From an uncultured bacterium (GTDB lineage: Bacteria > Actinomycetota > Acidimicrobiia > Spongiisociales > UBA4744): DNA of 46,201 nt. The notes below the pieces were generated by a model that was not told the origin of the DNA, did not search any database, and saw only the letters and a program-made list of their open reading frames with translations. The position numbers and the translations under genes were made by a program. Of the stretch, positions 8,541 through 18,975 are shown in pieces (the first letter of the stretch is position 1; each line of letters opens with the position of its first letter). The stretch is taken from assembly GCA_965549635.1 (NCBI GenBank), contig CBEVHI010000001.1, forward strand, positions 1 to 46,201, read 5' to 3'.

Positions 8541-9566
8541 TCAGGAGTCCAGCAGGCTGGGTTGGGGATCTTGCGGCGGGTCGATGCCCAGGTGCCGAAA
8601 GGCCGCAGCCGTCGCCATCCGGCCCCTCGGGGTCCTCTGCAGGAGTCCACTCTTGAGAAGGAACGGCTCGTAGGCATCCTCGACGGTTTCGGCCTCCTCG
8701 CCGACGACGATCGCAAGCGTCGACAGTCCGACTGGACCGCCCCCGAACGTCTCGACGATGGCCCGGAGGATGTCGCGATCCACCCGGTCCAGTCCAAGTT
8801 GGTCAACCTCGAACACGAGCAACGCCTGCGTCGCCGTTTCATCGTCGACCACTCCCCCGCTGCGGGCAATCGCGAAGTCCCTCACCCTGGCGAGAAGGCG
8901 ATTGGCAATCCGCGGTGTTCCTCTGCTCCGTCCCGCGATGACCCTCGCCCCGGCCTCGGTAGCCTTGATGTTCATGATCCCCGCGGATCGGGTCACGATC
9001 TGTTCGAGCTCGGCGTCCGAGTAGTACTCCAGCTTGTCCACGATCCCGAATCTGTCCCGCAGCGGTGCGGTCACCTTGCCTTTGCGCGTGGTCGCGCCCA
9101 CGAGCGTGAAGCGCGGCAGTTCGAGTCGGATCGACTGCGCGGAAGGGCCCTTCCCGAGAACGATGTCGAGACGGAAGTCCTCCATGGCCGGGTAGAGCAC
9201 CTCTTCCACGGCGCGGGGAAGACGGTGGATCTCGTCGATGAACAGGACCTCGCCTTCCTCGAGATTGGTGACGATCGAGGCGACATCACCCGGCCGTTCG
9301 AGCGCCGGTCCGGACGTCACGCGCATCCGCGCCCCGAGCTCGTGGGCGATGATCCCCGCCAGCGTTGTCTTGCCCAATCCTGGCGGTCCTGACAGCAGGA
9401 CATGATCGAGGGCGTGCCCAAGCTGCTTTGCCGCGTCAAGGCTGATCTGCAGTCGCTCCTTGACCTTGATCTGCCCAACGAACTCGCCAAGACGCTCCGG
9501 GCGCAACGTCTCGTCGACAAGCTCATCGTCGGGGAGTCGTGTCGAACTCAGGACGTCCTCTCTCAT
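8541..9566 (-). CDS. ruvB: Holliday junction branch migration helicase RuvB
   Basis: 341 aa. Contains LRP..L.EF.GQ, Walker [12 protein letters not shown] and Walker [10 protein letters not shown]. Confidence 0.97.
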   Translation of the reverse strand: MREDVLSSTRLPDDELVDETLRPERLGEFVGQIKVKERLQISLDAAKQLGHALDHVLLSGPPGLGKTTLAGIIAHELGARMRVTSGPALERPGDVASIVTNLEEGEVLFIDEIHRLPRAVEEVLYPAMEDFRLDIVLGKGPSAQSIRLELPRFTLVGATTRKGKVTAPLRDRFGIVDKLEYYSDAELEQIVTRSAGIMNIKATEAGARVIAGRSRGTPRIANRLLARVRDFAIARSGGVVDDETATQALLVFEVDQLGLDRVDRDILRAIVETFGGGPVGLSTLAIVVGEEAETVEDAYEPFLLKSGLLQRTPRGRMATAAAFRHLGIDPPQDPQPSLLDS

Positions 9567-10132
9567 TGCTGCCCCAGGATCCTGAGCGCCATACGAAGGG
9601 CCTCCTCGACGGTTGCGTCCGTCGGAAGCGTACCGGCGACCTCCTGGATCTCGCCAGGTGAGTAGCCGAGACCTTCCAGCGCCTCCCGCACGCGCGCCAG
9701 CGTCCCGCCTCCCATCACATCGGCTTCCGATCCCACCAGCTTCGGGCGAAGCTCGAGGATCAGCTTTTGCGCACTGCGTTTTCCGATTCCCGGCGCCACT
9801 GTCAATGCCGCGGCGTCCTCCGCCGATATGGCGCGTCGGATCTCGTCTGCTCGCAGCGCTCCCATGAGCGCCATCCCCACGCGCGGCCCGACCCCGGAGG
9901 CGGTGATCAACATCCGGAAGAGATCCCGATCCCCCATCGAGCCGAACCCGTACAGTTCGAGGGCGTCATCCCGCACGTGCAGGTGGGTGTGCAGGGTTAC
10001 CTCCGATCCGAGACGACCGACCTCAGCCATGTCGAGCGGCGTCATCCTCACCTCGAATCCGACGCCTCCGACCTCCACTACCAGCCGGTCTCCCGTCGAC
10101 GCAGCGACCGTGCCGCGGAGCCCGCCGATCAT
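9563..10132 (-). CDS. ruvA: Holliday junction DNA-binding protein RuvA
   Basis: Typical N-terminus MIGGLRGTV...V.V.GVGFEV and HhH motifs ([14 protein letters not shown]). The start is moved to ATG 10132, which forms an ATGA overlap with the ruvC stop. Confidence 0.92.
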   Translation of the reverse strand: MIGGLRGTVAASTGDRLVVEVGGVGFEVRMTPLDMAEVGRLGSEVTLHTHLHVRDDALELYGFGSMGDRDLFRMLITASGVGPRVGMALMGALRADEIRRAISAEDAAALTVAPGIGKRSAQKLILELRPKLVGSEADVMGGGTLARVREALEGLGYSPGEIQEVAGTLPTDATVEEALRMALRILGQQ

Positions 10133-10605
10133 GTCGCGCTCCGCCGGAGGCCATCGCTCTGGAGATGGCAAAGGGCGATCGCCAGGGCATCTGCCGCGTC
10201 AGCCGGCTTCGGAGCCTCCGCCAGGCCCATCCGCAAGGTGACCATCCGCTGTACCTGTTGCTTGGTCGCGTTTCCATAGCCGGCAACCGCTGCCTTCACC
10301 TGGGATGGCGTGTACTCGACGACGGGTATCCCGGATGCGGCCGCGGCCAGCATCGCCGTGCCGGATGCTCGAACGACCGACATGGCCGTCTGCAGGTTGC
10401 GGTTGACAAACACCTGCTCGATGGCCATGACCGATGGCGCGTACTCCACAATCAGGGCACTCACATCTCGATAGATCTCGAGGAGACGCTCGGGTACCGG
10501 GTGATCCACACTCGTGCGAATCACCCCCGCCGCAGCCACCTCACCCGCGGCGACGATCGCATAGCCGGTTGTAGTGAGCCCGGGGTCGATTCCCAACACG
10601 AACAT
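10129..10605 (-). CDS. ruvC: crossover junction endodeoxyribonuclease RuvC
   Basis: N-terminus VLGIDPGLTTTGYA with the catalytic Asp, and the family layout continues to the C-terminal DAADALAIALCH. Start chosen at ATG 10605 (MFVLGIDPG). The ORF-track start at 10635 remains possible. Confidence 0.92.
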   Translation of the reverse strand: MFVLGIDPGLTTTGYAIVAAGEVAAAGVIRTSVDHPVPERLLEIYRDVSALIVEYAPSVMAIEQVFVNRNLQTAMSVVRASGTAMLAAAASGIPVVEYTPSQVKAAVAGYGNATKQQVQRMVTLRMGLAEAPKPADAADALAIALCHLQSDGLRRSAT

Positions 10606-10664
10606 ATGTACGATCCTAGTTGAGGGCTCCGACACTTCGATGCATTCGGGCTCACCCGTCCGCC

Positions 10665-11405
10665 CTAGGTCATGAGTTCGGCCATCACCTCATCGGAGAT
10701 GTCGAAGTTCGAGAACACCTCCTGGACGTCGTCGAGATCCTCGAGCGCGTCCACCAATCGCAGCACCTTCGGAGCCGTCGCGCGATCGACCGGTACGGTC
10801 GTCTTCGGTAGTTGTGTGACCTCAGCGGTCTCGATATCCGTGGCGACTTTGCTCAGAGCCACGCGGACAGCGCCGAGCAGACCAGGCTCCGTGATCACCT
10901 CGAATGACCCATCGCTGGGACGCACGTCCTCTGCGCCAGCCTCGAGCGCCGCCAGCATGATCTCGTCCTCGTCTCCTTCGACGACCAGGTACCCCTTCTG
11001 TTCGAACACGTAGGAGACGGACCCAGGTTCACCGAGGCTTCCGCCATTCCGAGAGAACGTCGAGCGCACGTCGGATGCCGCTCTGTTCCGATTATCGGTG
11101 AGGATCTGCACGAAGAGCGCTACTCCGCCCGGCCCGTACCCCTCATACCAGAACTCCTCGTAGGTGACTCCCTCGACGTCGCCCGTCCCTCGCTTGATCG
11201 CACGTTCGATGTTGTCGTTGGGGACAGAGGCCGACTTGGCCTTGTCGATGGCGTTGCCCAGCGTTGCGTTGGCGGCAGGATCGCCACCACCCTCTCGCGC
11301 CGCCACCTCGATTGCCTTGACGAGCTTCGCGAACAGCTTGCCCCGCTGCGCGTCCTTGGCCCCCTTCTTGTGCTTGATCGTCGACCACTTCGAATGTCCA
11401 GACAT
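10665..11405 (-). CDS. yebC: YebC/PmpR family DNA-binding transcriptional regulator
   Basis: N-terminus [25 protein letters not shown] is diagnostic for the family. ATG at 11405 overlaps the pdxT stop by 1 nt. Confidence 0.93.
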   Translation of the reverse strand: MSGHSKWSTIKHKKGAKDAQRGKLFAKLVKAIEVAAREGGGDPAANATLGNAIDKAKSASVPNDNIERAIKRGTGDVEGVTYEEFWYEGYGPGGVALFVQILTDNRNRAASDVRSTFSRNGGSLGEPGSVSYVFEQKGYLVVEGDEDEIMLAALEAGAEDVRPSDGSFEVITEPGLLGAVRVALSKVATDIETAEVTQLPKTTVPVDRATAPKVLRLVDALEDLDDVQEVFSNFDISDEVMAELMT

Positions 11406-11977
11406 CAATCTGCTCCCAGAGCGTTCAGTGCCATCTTATGGATTCTGGCATCGCCGGTCAGCTCCGGATGGAACGCGCCGGCCACCACGTTGCCACTGCG
11501 GACCAGCACAGGATGCCCATCAATCGCGGCAAGGACCTCGACATCGGGCCCCACTTCCTCCGCCCATGGGGCACGGATGAACACCGCATGGAACGGCTTG
11601 TCCAGCCCCTGCACCTCCAGGTCGGATTCGAAGGACTCGTTCTGCCGTCCAAAGGCGTTGCGACGCACGACCATGTCGATGACACCAAGCTGGCGCTGCT
11701 CTCGGCCGACCACTCCGGTCGCGAGAAGGATCATCCCCGCGCAAGTGCCAAACGCCGGCAGGCCGCTTTCGATTGCCGTTCTGAGTGGATCCAGCAGCCC
11801 ATACCGTTCGGCCAGCCTGCCGATGGTCGTTGATTCGCCACCGGGAATGACCAGTCCGGAGAGTCCCTCCAGATCCGCCGGGCGTCGCACTTCTCGCGCT
11901 TGGGCGCCAAGGGAGGCAACCATGCGAACGTGCTCTCGCACATCTCCCTGCAGGGCGAGAACACCGACCTGGGACAC
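11405..11977 (-). CDS. pdxT: pyridoxal 5'-phosphate synthase glutaminase subunit PdxT
   Basis: 190 aa. Motifs [11 protein letters not shown] and the catalytic GTCAG, with a C-terminal FHPEL. GTG start. Confidence 0.95.
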   Translation of the reverse strand: MSQVGVLALQGDVREHVRMVASLGAQAREVRRPADLEGLSGLVIPGGESTTIGRLAERYGLLDPLRTAIESGLPAFGTCAGMILLATGVVGREQRQLGVIDMVVRRNAFGRQNESFESDLEVQGLDKPFHAVFIRAPWAEEVGPDVEVLAAIDGHPVLVRSGNVVAGAFHPELTGDARIHKMALNALGAD

Positions 11978-11979
11978 TC

Positions 11980-12861
11980 CTACCAGCCTCGGGTCTGCAT
12001 GAGGTCAGACTCCGCAAGCTCACTCATGTCGATGCCGTGCATCGGCTCGCCCAGACCCGCGGACACCTTCGCGATCGCCTCCGGATCCTGATAGAACGTC
12101 ACCGCCTCGACGATCGACTTCGCTCTCGGTGCAGGGTCCGCGCTCTTGAAGATCCCCGACCCCACGAACACGCCTTCACAGCCGAGCTGCATCATCAGGG
12201 CGGCGTCGGCCGGTGTGGCGATACCGCCTGCAGCGAAGTTCACCACCGGGAGCTTTCCCGTGGCAGCCACCTCCTTGACCAGCTCCAGCGAAGCTCCGAG
12301 ATCCTTGGCCGCACCAGCCAGCTCCTCCTGGCCCAGTGTCGTCAGCGTGCGCAGTTCCCCGGTCAGCCGCCGGACATGGCGAACGGCCTCGACCACGTTT
12401 CCGGTCCCCGGCTCGCCTTTGGTGCGGATCATCGCGGCGCCCTCGCCGATGCGACGCAACGCCTCGCCCAGGTCCCTTGCTCCACAGACGAACGGTGTGG
12501 TGAATTGCCACTTGTCGATGTGGTGCTCTTCATCGGCAGGTGTCAGCACCTCGCTCTCGTCGATGTAGTCGACCCCGAGCGACTGAAGAACCTGGGCCTC
12601 GACGAAGTGCCCGATGCGCGCCTTGGCCATGACAGGGATGCTCACCGCGGCCATGATCTCTTTGACCTTCTGCGGATCCGCCATTCTGGCGACTCCACCT
12701 TCCTTCCGGATGTCGGCCGGAACCCTCTCCAGAGCCATCACGGCGACCGCACCGGCTTCTTCGGCGATCTGGGCCTGCTCGGCATTGACCACGTCCATGA
12801 TGACGCCGCCCTTGAGCATTTCGGCCAGACCACGCTTTACGACATCGGTTCCGCGTTCCAC
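11980..12861 (-). CDS. pdxS: pyridoxal 5'-phosphate synthase lyase subunit PdxS
   Basis: 293 aa. Motifs [48 protein letters not shown] precedes the GTG start. Confidence 0.97.
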   Translation of the reverse strand: MERGTDVVKRGLAEMLKGGVIMDVVNAEQAQIAEEAGAVAVMALERVPADIRKEGGVARMADPQKVKEIMAAVSIPVMAKARIGHFVEAQVLQSLGVDYIDESEVLTPADEEHHIDKWQFTTPFVCGARDLGEALRRIGEGAAMIRTKGEPGTGNVVEAVRHVRRLTGELRTLTTLGQEELAGAAKDLGASLELVKEVAATGKLPVVNFAAGGIATPADAALMMQLGCEGVFVGSGIFKSADPAPRAKSIVEAVTFYQDPEAIAKVSAGLGEPMHGIDMSELAESDLMQTRGW

Positions 12862-12909
12862 GTTTGTTCCTCCTCAGCTCCGATTCTACCGGTAGCGCAG
12901 ACCAGCGAA

Positions 12910-13950
12910 TCAGCGCGCCTCCGCCACACTCCGGTAGAGGGTGAGCCAGCGAGGGATGAGGCGACTCCAATCGAATCTCAGGGCTCTCTCGCGGGCGGCG
13001 GCTGCCATCTGGGACACTCGCCGGCGATCCTGCATGACGTCGATGATCGTGCCGGCGAGTTGGTCTGCATCGCCCGGTCGCGTGTACGTGGCCGCGCTCT
13101 CCGCGACCGACCGGAACGCCGCCAGATCGGAAGCGACCACGGCGCAACCTGCCGCCATTCCTTCGACGAGTGTGATGCCGAAGCTCTCACCTCCCAGATT
13201 GGGGGCGCAGTACAGCGCGGCCGACGACAGCACTGCTTGTTTGCGCTCTTCCGGCACCCGGCCCTCGAACCGTACCCCTGGCATGTCGACGTCGCGACGC
13301 GCTCCGACGACGACCAGCTGGGCGTCGGGTACGGCGTCTCTCACGAAGGGCCACGCTCGAAGGAGCGTGTCCAGGCCCTTTCGTCGATCGTCTCTCCCTA
13401 CGAATGCCACGGTGTGCGGTTCCGGGACCGAGAGGCCATCGAAGGGCGCGACGTCGACGCCGTTGGGGATGATGAGCGGCTCGGGTGCAAAACGCCGAAC
13501 AGCTCTCGAGGCCTCTTTGCTCACCGCCGTGAGAGCGTCGATCCTCCGCAGCAGGCCCGCAAACAACGGCCCCCCGAATCGATAGATCCCTTGCACGATC
13601 GCTGCCGGGGCGGCGTGAAACGTACCGACTGACGGCACCGATCGAGGCAGCCAGGCGGCTGGGCCGACGACCGGCACGAGTGGTTCGTGCACGTGGACGA
13701 CATCAGCCCATGCGGCGACCTCTCTCACTTCGGACACTGCTCCCGGATCGAGACACACGGGAGCGACGGCACCATTGAGTTCCACGTTGGTGACCCTGCC
13801 GACAGATCTCCAGGAACCGTCGGAGACTCCCGGTCCGACGAGGAGTACGTCATGACCCGCTTCTCGGAGATGTCGTTCGAGTCCTCGAGCCTGCTGCTGC
13901 ACACCTCCCGGCCGGTCGAGGCCGTACGGACTGACCATGGCGATCTTCAT
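12910..13950 (-). CDS. pimA: GT4 glycosyltransferase, PimA-like phosphatidylinositol mannosyltransferase
   Basis: N-terminus MKIAMVSPYG...PGGVQ and a C-terminal GT4 E(x7)E region (ESFGITLVEGMAAG). Located downstream of the PI synthase and acyltransferase genes, as in mycobacterial pgsA1-acyltransferase-pimA. Start ATG 13950 forms an ATGA overlap with the upstream stop. Confidence 0.8.
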   Translation of the reverse strand: MKIAMVSPYGLDRPGGVQQQARGLERHLREAGHDVLLVGPGVSDGSWRSVGRVTNVELNGAVAPVCLDPGAVSEVREVAAWADVVHVHEPLVPVVGPAAWLPRSVPSVGTFHAAPAAIVQGIYRFGGPLFAGLLRRIDALTAVSKEASRAVRRFAPEPLIIPNGVDVAPFDGLSVPEPHTVAFVGRDDRRKGLDTLLRAWPFVRDAVPDAQLVVVGARRDVDMPGVRFEGRVPEERKQAVLSSAALYCAPNLGGESFGITLVEGMAAGCAVVASDLAAFRSVAESAATYTRPGDADQLAGTIIDVMQDRRRVSQMAAAARERALRFDWSRLIPRWLTLYRSVAEAR

Positions 13951-14816
13951 CGTCGGTCCGATGGCCAGTTCGGTTGCACGATGTGCCACTGGGTGGGGGC
14001 CCGTTCGATGAGGGCCTCCAGGGCGCGAACGACACGCTGCGTGCCTTCGACGATCCGCTCCTCGATCGTGCCTTCGCGCGGCATCTCAACGGGAGCTTCG
14101 ACGACGAGGTGGTGCCCCCGACCTTCGCGAAAGTAGGCGGCCACCGGGAACACCGGTACGCCTGTCCTGAGACCGAGCGCGGCCGCACCGGCCGGCATCG
14201 ATGTGGTCTCGCCAAAGAACTCGACGTCGACCCCTCCGGAGCGAACGTTGCGGTCCATCACCAGAGCGACCGCAGCGCCCCGTTCGACCGCGGCGGACAG
14301 CACCGCCATGATGTCGGACCGGTCGGCCAGCACCACGTCGATCCCCAGCGCCTTGCGGAGGTCGACGAACCACTTGACGATCTTGGAGTCTGGAAGGGAC
14401 TCTGCGACTGCGAGCAGTTCGAGTCCCAGATCGTGTGCAACCGTCCCGGCCACCTCCCAATTGCCGATGTGAGGCAGTGCATAGACCATCCCCAGCCCGG
14501 CATCTCTCGCTGCCTCGACTCGCTCGACCCCTTCTCTGCTGATGTTGCGCAGAATGGAAGGGACGCGACGGGGCCTCACCCAGAAGGACTCGGCCCAGTA
14601 TCGGCCGTATGCCGAGAACGCCGCTCTGGCTGCCGACTCGACCTCCGATTCGGAGCCGAGGACCCGGCTGACATGCCGGATGAGCATCCGGCGCCGCCGG
14701 CCGGCGCGAGCGAATGCCTGGCTGCCCAACCACTCCCCGAGCCGTCGTACGGTGCTCTCCGGCAGCAGGCCGGCCAGGATGATGCCGGCGCGATACGCCA
14801 GATACGACAGGCTCAC
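13947..14816 (-). CDS. lysophospholipid/lauroyl (HtrB/LpxL-family) acyltransferase, likely PIM acyltransferase
   Basis: Family layout with PHIGNWE (an HX4D/E-like motif) and a position between the PI synthase and pimA-like genes. Start set to GTG 14816, which forms a GTGA overlap with the upstream stop. The ORF-track start at 14906 would overlap the upstream gene by about 90 nt. Confidence 0.75.
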   Translation of the reverse strand: MSLSYLAYRAGIILAGLLPESTVRRLGEWLGSQAFARAGRRRRMLIRHVSRVLGSESEVESAARAAFSAYGRYWAESFWVRPRRVPSILRNISREGVERVEAARDAGLGMVYALPHIGNWEVAGTVAHDLGLELLAVAESLPDSKIVKWFVDLRKALGIDVVLADRSDIMAVLSAAVERGAAVALVMDRNVRSGGVDVEFFGETTSMPAGAAALGLRTGVPVFPVAAYFREGRGHHLVVEAPVEMPREGTIEERIVEGTQRVVRALEALIERAPTQWHIVQPNWPSDRR

Positions 14817-15385
14817 GCGCCGATTCGCTTCCAACCCAGCCAGAAACGCTGCACAACGGTCAACCAGCACAGCGCCACCATCGCCCCGAGCATCGGTCCG
14901 ACCCACCCGGTCAACAAGCCCGCTCCATAGAGGATGACCCGCTCCGCCCGGCCCATGACTCCCCCTCTTCCATCGGCTCCCTCAGCCTCCGCCTTGGCCC
15001 GCAAGTAGGAGATGATCAGCGACGCTCCCAGACTGAGCACACTCAGCGCCACCCACGCCGGTTTGGAAGCAACCGCCACGGCAAGGCCGGTCCACATCGC
15101 GGTCTCACCAATACGATCGGTTGCCGCGTCCAGAAAGGCCCCACGTTCGGACACGGTGCCCCGCGCTCGCGCGACGGAACCGTCGACCGCATCGATTCCG
15201 GAACCCAGCATGACCAACCCGGCTCCGAGCACGAACCGGTCGGTCGCGACCAACACCGAACCGGCAATGGTGACGACGAGGCCGAACACGGTGACATGCC
15301 ACGCCTGAACACCGACTCGGGCCAGCCCCTTTCCGAGCGGAGCCAGCAACAGGGTGGCTCTCTTGCGTGCTTTCATGTCGATCAT
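14813..15385 (-). CDS. pgsA: CDP-alcohol phosphatidyltransferase (phosphatidylinositol phosphate synthase-like)
   Basis: Multi-TM protein carrying the CDP-alcohol motif DG..AR.....S..GA.LD...DR. Synteny with the acyltransferase and pimA-like genes supports the call. Start chosen at ATG 15385 (MIDMKARK). The longer track ORF is unlikely. Confidence 0.8.
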   Translation of the reverse strand: MIDMKARKRATLLLAPLGKGLARVGVQAWHVTVFGLVVTIAGSVLVATDRFVLGAGLVMLGSGIDAVDGSVARARGTVSERGAFLDAATDRIGETAMWTGLAVAVASKPAWVALSVLSLGASLIISYLRAKAEAEGADGRGGVMGRAERVILYGAGLLTGWVGPMLGAMVALCWLTVVQRFWLGWKRIGA

Positions 15386-15501
15386 GCGTCGCGACAACGT
15401 ACCACGCTTGGCCGGCCGCGTTCCACCGTCCGCGGGCGACCCTGCGACGGCGGAACTGTCGGGACCGCCCACTAGAATCGGCACAAATACCAGGAGGTCA
15501 T

Positions 15502-17553
15502 GTGGTCCCGGAGAGAATCAGGAACGTCGCATTGGTTGGGCATGGCGGGAGCGGCAAGACCTCTCTCGCTGAAGCGCTCCTCTTCACCGCCGGAGAAACC
15601 ACTCGACTTGGCCGAACAGAAGATGGGAACACGGTCACGGACTTCGAACCCGAGGAGATCGAGCGCACTCTCTCCCTCGGGCTGTCTGTCGCCTCGCTGT
15701 CCTGGAAGGGCCACAAGATCACGCTCATCGACACGCCCGGCTACGCCGACTTCATTGGGGACGCTCGATCGGCCCTGCGAGCTGCCGACCTTGCCGTGTT
15801 CGTTGTCTCGGCGGTCGACGGAGTCGAGGTGCAGACCGAGGTGATGTGGAAGCTGGCAGGCGAAGAGGGTCTGCCACGCATCATCTTTGTCAACAAGCTC
15901 GATAGGGAGCGGTCTTCGTTCCCCCGTACCTTGGAAGCACTCCGCTCATCCTTCGGAAAGGGTGTCGCTCCCGTGCAGGTACCGATCGGTGCCGAGGGTG
16001 ACCTCAACGGGCTCGTCCGGGTCGTCTCCAACACGGCGCTCACCTACGCGCAAGGGAACCCCAAAGGCGTCGTGGCAGAAGCACCCGAGACGATGGCAGG
16101 GACGATGTCGCAGATGCACACCGCACTGGTCGAGTCGGTGGTGGAAACCGACGACGACCTCCTCGAGGCCTACTTCGCTGGTGTGGAACCTGACCGCTCC
16201 AAGATCGTCGACGTCACACGAACAGGCATCATCTCCGGAGATATCCAGCCGGTCCTGTGCGGATCGGCGACCGGGCTGATCGGGATCGACACGCTCGCCG
16301 AGTTCATCACCGAGTTCGGTCCCAGTCCGCTGGAGCGAGCGGCCGTCCCTCTCGCCGATGGCGGCACGCTCACGATCGACCCGGACGGCGATCCTGTCGC
16401 GTACGTGTTCAAGAGCACGTCGGACCCGTACGTCGGCCGCATCTCACTGCTCAGAGTCTTCTCCGGCAAGGTGAAGGCCGACGATCATCTCGAGGTCTCT
16501 TCCGGCGAACGCGTCCGCGTGCACAACCTGTTCTTCATGCAAGGCAAAGAGCACAAAGACGCCTCCGAGCTCGTCACCGGCGACATTGCCGCGGTCGCCA
16601 AGCTCGAGGATCTTCGAGCCGGCGACACCCTTCGATCCGCCGACTCCGCTGTCACGATCGAGCGTGTCGCCATGCCCAAGCCGGTGATGAGCGTCGTCGT
16701 GTCGCCGCAGTCGGCTCAGGACGAGGAGAAACTCTCTACGGCGCTCGCACGGATCGTCGAAGAAGACGAGACGTTGCACGTCGAGCGACGGGCTGAGACC
16801 AAGGAAACCGTGCTGTCCGGCCTGGGTGACACCCACCTCGACGTGTCCATAGCCCGCTTGTCGCGCAAGTTCGGAGTCGAAGTCGAAACATCGCCCCCCA
16901 CGGTCCCCTATCGGGAAACGATCGGAGCCACTGCGCAAGCAGAAGGCAAGCACAAGAAACAAAGCGGTGGACGCGGACAGTTCGGCGTTGCGTTCGTCCG
17001 GTTCGAACCGCTGCCCAGGGGATCAGGCTACGAGTTCGTCGACGCCATCAAGGGCGGCTCAATCCCCCGCCAGTACATCCCGGCCGTCGACAAGGGTGTC
17101 CAGGAGGGACTGGCCAGAGGCATCCTCGCCGGCTTTCCGGTCACCGATGTCAGGGCGACCGTGTATGACGGCAAGTACCACTCCGTTGACTCCGATGAGC
17201 TCTCCTTCAGAATGGCGGGAATCCTGGCGGTCAGGGCGGCCGCTGCGAACCTCCGGCCCACGCTGCTCGAACCGATCGTTCGCGCGGAGATCCGCATCCC
17301 TGAGGACTACATGGGTGACATCATCGGGGATCTCAATGCCAAGCGGGGCAAAGTCCTCGGCATGGATTCGGATGGCCGGTTCCGGATCGTCACCGCAGAG
17401 GTTCCTCTGGCCGAGATGCAGCGCTACGCGATAGATCTGCGCTCGATGACCGGTGGAAGGGGTAGTTTTGAAGTGACGTTCGACCACTACGAGGAGGTCC
17501 CGAGGCAAGAGGCCCAGAAGATCATCGCCGCTTCCCAACAGGAAGAGGCGTAG
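15502..17553 (+). CDS. elongation factor G paralog (EF-G2-like translational GTPase)
   Basis: G-domain motifs VGHGGSGKTSL, DTPGY and NKLD, followed by EF-G domains II-V. Start re-set to GTG 15502, just downstream of AGGAGG. The track start at 15367 would overlap the divergent pgsA-like gene. Confidence 0.9.
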   Translation: MVPERIRNVALVGHGGSGKTSLAEALLFTAGETTRLGRTEDGNTVTDFEPEEIERTLSLGLSVASLSWKGHKITLIDTPGYADFIGDARSALRAADLAVFVVSAVDGVEVQTEVMWKLAGEEGLPRIIFVNKLDRERSSFPRTLEALRSSFGKGVAPVQVPIGAEGDLNGLVRVVSNTALTYAQGNPKGVVAEAPETMAGTMSQMHTALVESVVETDDDLLEAYFAGVEPDRSKIVDVTRTGIISGDIQPVLCGSATGLIGIDTLAEFITEFGPSPLERAAVPLADGGTLTIDPDGDPVAYVFKSTSDPYVGRISLLRVFSGKVKADDHLEVSSGERVRVHNLFFMQGKEHKDASELVTGDIAAVAKLEDLRAGDTLRSADSAVTIERVAMPKPVMSVVVSPQSAQDEEKLSTALARIVEEDETLHVERRAETKETVLSGLGDTHLDVSIARLSRKFGVEVETSPPTVPYRETIGATAQAEGKHKKQSGGRGQFGVAFVRFEPLPRGSGYEFVDAIKGGSIPRQYIPAVDKGVQEGLARGILAGFPVTDVRATVYDGKYHSVDSDELSFRMAGILAVRAAAANLRPTLLEPIVRAEIRIPEDYMGDIIGDLNAKRGKVLGMDSDGRFRIVTAEVPLAEMQRYAIDLRSMTGGRGSFEVTFDHYEEVPRQEAQKIIAASQQEEA

Positions 17554-17653
17554 GGAGGGTGACACAAACGACGACGCCCGAAAGGAGCACCCGGACCGAC
17601 CGACTCTGGGTCGGAGGAGTGTTTTCGCCGGGAGAACCGCCCAAGGAGGCACC

Positions 17654-18955
17654 ATGGCACTGAAGGAAGCGTTAGGACGCAAGATCGACGAGTGGAGGCC
17701 CCGCACGACGCGCTTGCTCAAAGAACACGGTGGCGTGAAGGTATCCGACGTCACGATCGCCCAGGCCATTGGAGGCGCCCGAGGCGTACGGTGTCTCGTC
17801 ACCGACATCTCCTATCTCGATCCCAACGAAGGAATTCGATTCCGCGGTCACACCATCCCGGAGACCCTGGCGATGCTGCCCAAGGTTCCGGGCCGGGAAA
17901 TGCCCTACGTCGAGGGTCACATCTATCTGCTCCTCACCGGAGAGGTTCCCACCGAAGAGGACGTCGCCGAACTGGTGCAGGAGTTGAAGGACCGCTCCGG
18001 CGTACCCCAGTACGTGTTCGATGTACTGAGGGCGATGCCAGAAGACACCCACCCGATGACGATGTTCTCCGCCGGCATCCTGGCCATGCAGCGGGAGTCC
18101 GAGTATGTCAAGGCCTACAACAAGGGCCTCGGCAAGATGGACCACTGGCAGCCGACCCTCGAGGACACACTGAATCTGTGGGCCAAACTCCCCGAGCTGG
18201 GAGCATTCATCTACCGGCTGAAGTACAAGGGTGACACTCCGATTGCTCCGGATCCGAACCTGGACCTAGGAGGCAACTTCGCCCACATGATGGGCATCGA
18301 CGAGCCCTACGACGACGTAGCTCGCCTGTACTTCATCCTCCACTCCGACCATGAGAGTGGAAACGTGAGTGCCCACACCGGCCATCTCGTCGCCAGCGCG
18401 CTCTCGGATGTCTACTACGCCGCCTCGGCGATGATCGACGGTCTTGCCGGACCGCTCCACGGTCTCGCCAACCAGGAGGTCCTGCGTTGGATCCAGGGCG
18501 TGATGGAGAAGATGGGCGGCGAAGTGCCGACCGAGGAGAAGATGAAGGAGTTTGTGTGGGAGACCCTCAACTCCGGCCAGGTCATTCCCGGCTTCGGACA
18601 TGCCGTCTTGCGCAAAACCGATCCACGGTATGCGGAGCAGCGGAACTTCTGTCTGAAGCATCTCCCCGACGACCCGATCTTCAAGTACGTCGACATGCTC
18701 TACAAGGTCGTTCCTCCGATCCTGGAGGAGCAGGGCAAGGCCAAGAACCCGTGGCCAAACGTGGACGCCCAATCCGGGGTCATTCAGTGGTACTACGGCC
18801 TCACCGAGTACGACTTCTACACCGTGCTGTTCGGGATCGGTCGTTCGCTGGGTGTGCTGTCCAACATCGTCTGGGACAGGGCGCTCGGCTACCCGATCGA
18901 ACGTCCGAAGTCACTGACGACGGCAATGCTCGAGGAGATGGTCGGGATCTCCTGA
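17654..18955 (+). CDS. gltA: citrate synthase, eukaryotic/mitochondrial-like type
   Basis: 433 aa. It shares long identical strings with mitochondrial citrate synthase as I recall it: HSDHE.GNVSAHT, GLAGPLHGLANQEVL, GHAVLRKTDPRY, QGKAKNPWPNVDA and ERPKS. AAGGAGG RBS precedes the ATG. Confidence 0.95.
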   Translation: MALKEALGRKIDEWRPRTTRLLKEHGGVKVSDVTIAQAIGGARGVRCLVTDISYLDPNEGIRFRGHTIPETLAMLPKVPGREMPYVEGHIYLLLTGEVPTEEDVAELVQELKDRSGVPQYVFDVLRAMPEDTHPMTMFSAGILAMQRESEYVKAYNKGLGKMDHWQPTLEDTLNLWAKLPELGAFIYRLKYKGDTPIAPDPNLDLGGNFAHMMGIDEPYDDVARLYFILHSDHESGNVSAHTGHLVASALSDVYYAASAMIDGLAGPLHGLANQEVLRWIQGVMEKMGGEVPTEEKMKEFVWETLNSGQVIPGFGHAVLRKTDPRYAEQRNFCLKHLPDDPIFKYVDMLYKVVPPILEEQGKAKNPWPNVDAQSGVIQWYYGLTEYDFYTVLFGIGRSLGVLSNIVWDRALGYPIERPKSLTTAMLEEMVGIS

Positions 18956-18975
18956 GAAGCCTTGAGGTAGCGAGT

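Noticed and set aside
12037-13632. 531-aa plus-strand ORF across pdxS and the pimA-like gene
   Set aside because: It spans two well-supported minus-strand genes and their intergenic gap. Its composition is low-complexity and Arg/His/Asp-rich.
15367-15501. N-terminal extension of the EF-G paralog ORF
   Set aside because: It would overlap the divergent pgsA-like gene and its promoter region, and the sequence is Arg/Cys/Pro-rich. The G1 motif follows directly after GTG 15502, which has AGGAGG upstream.
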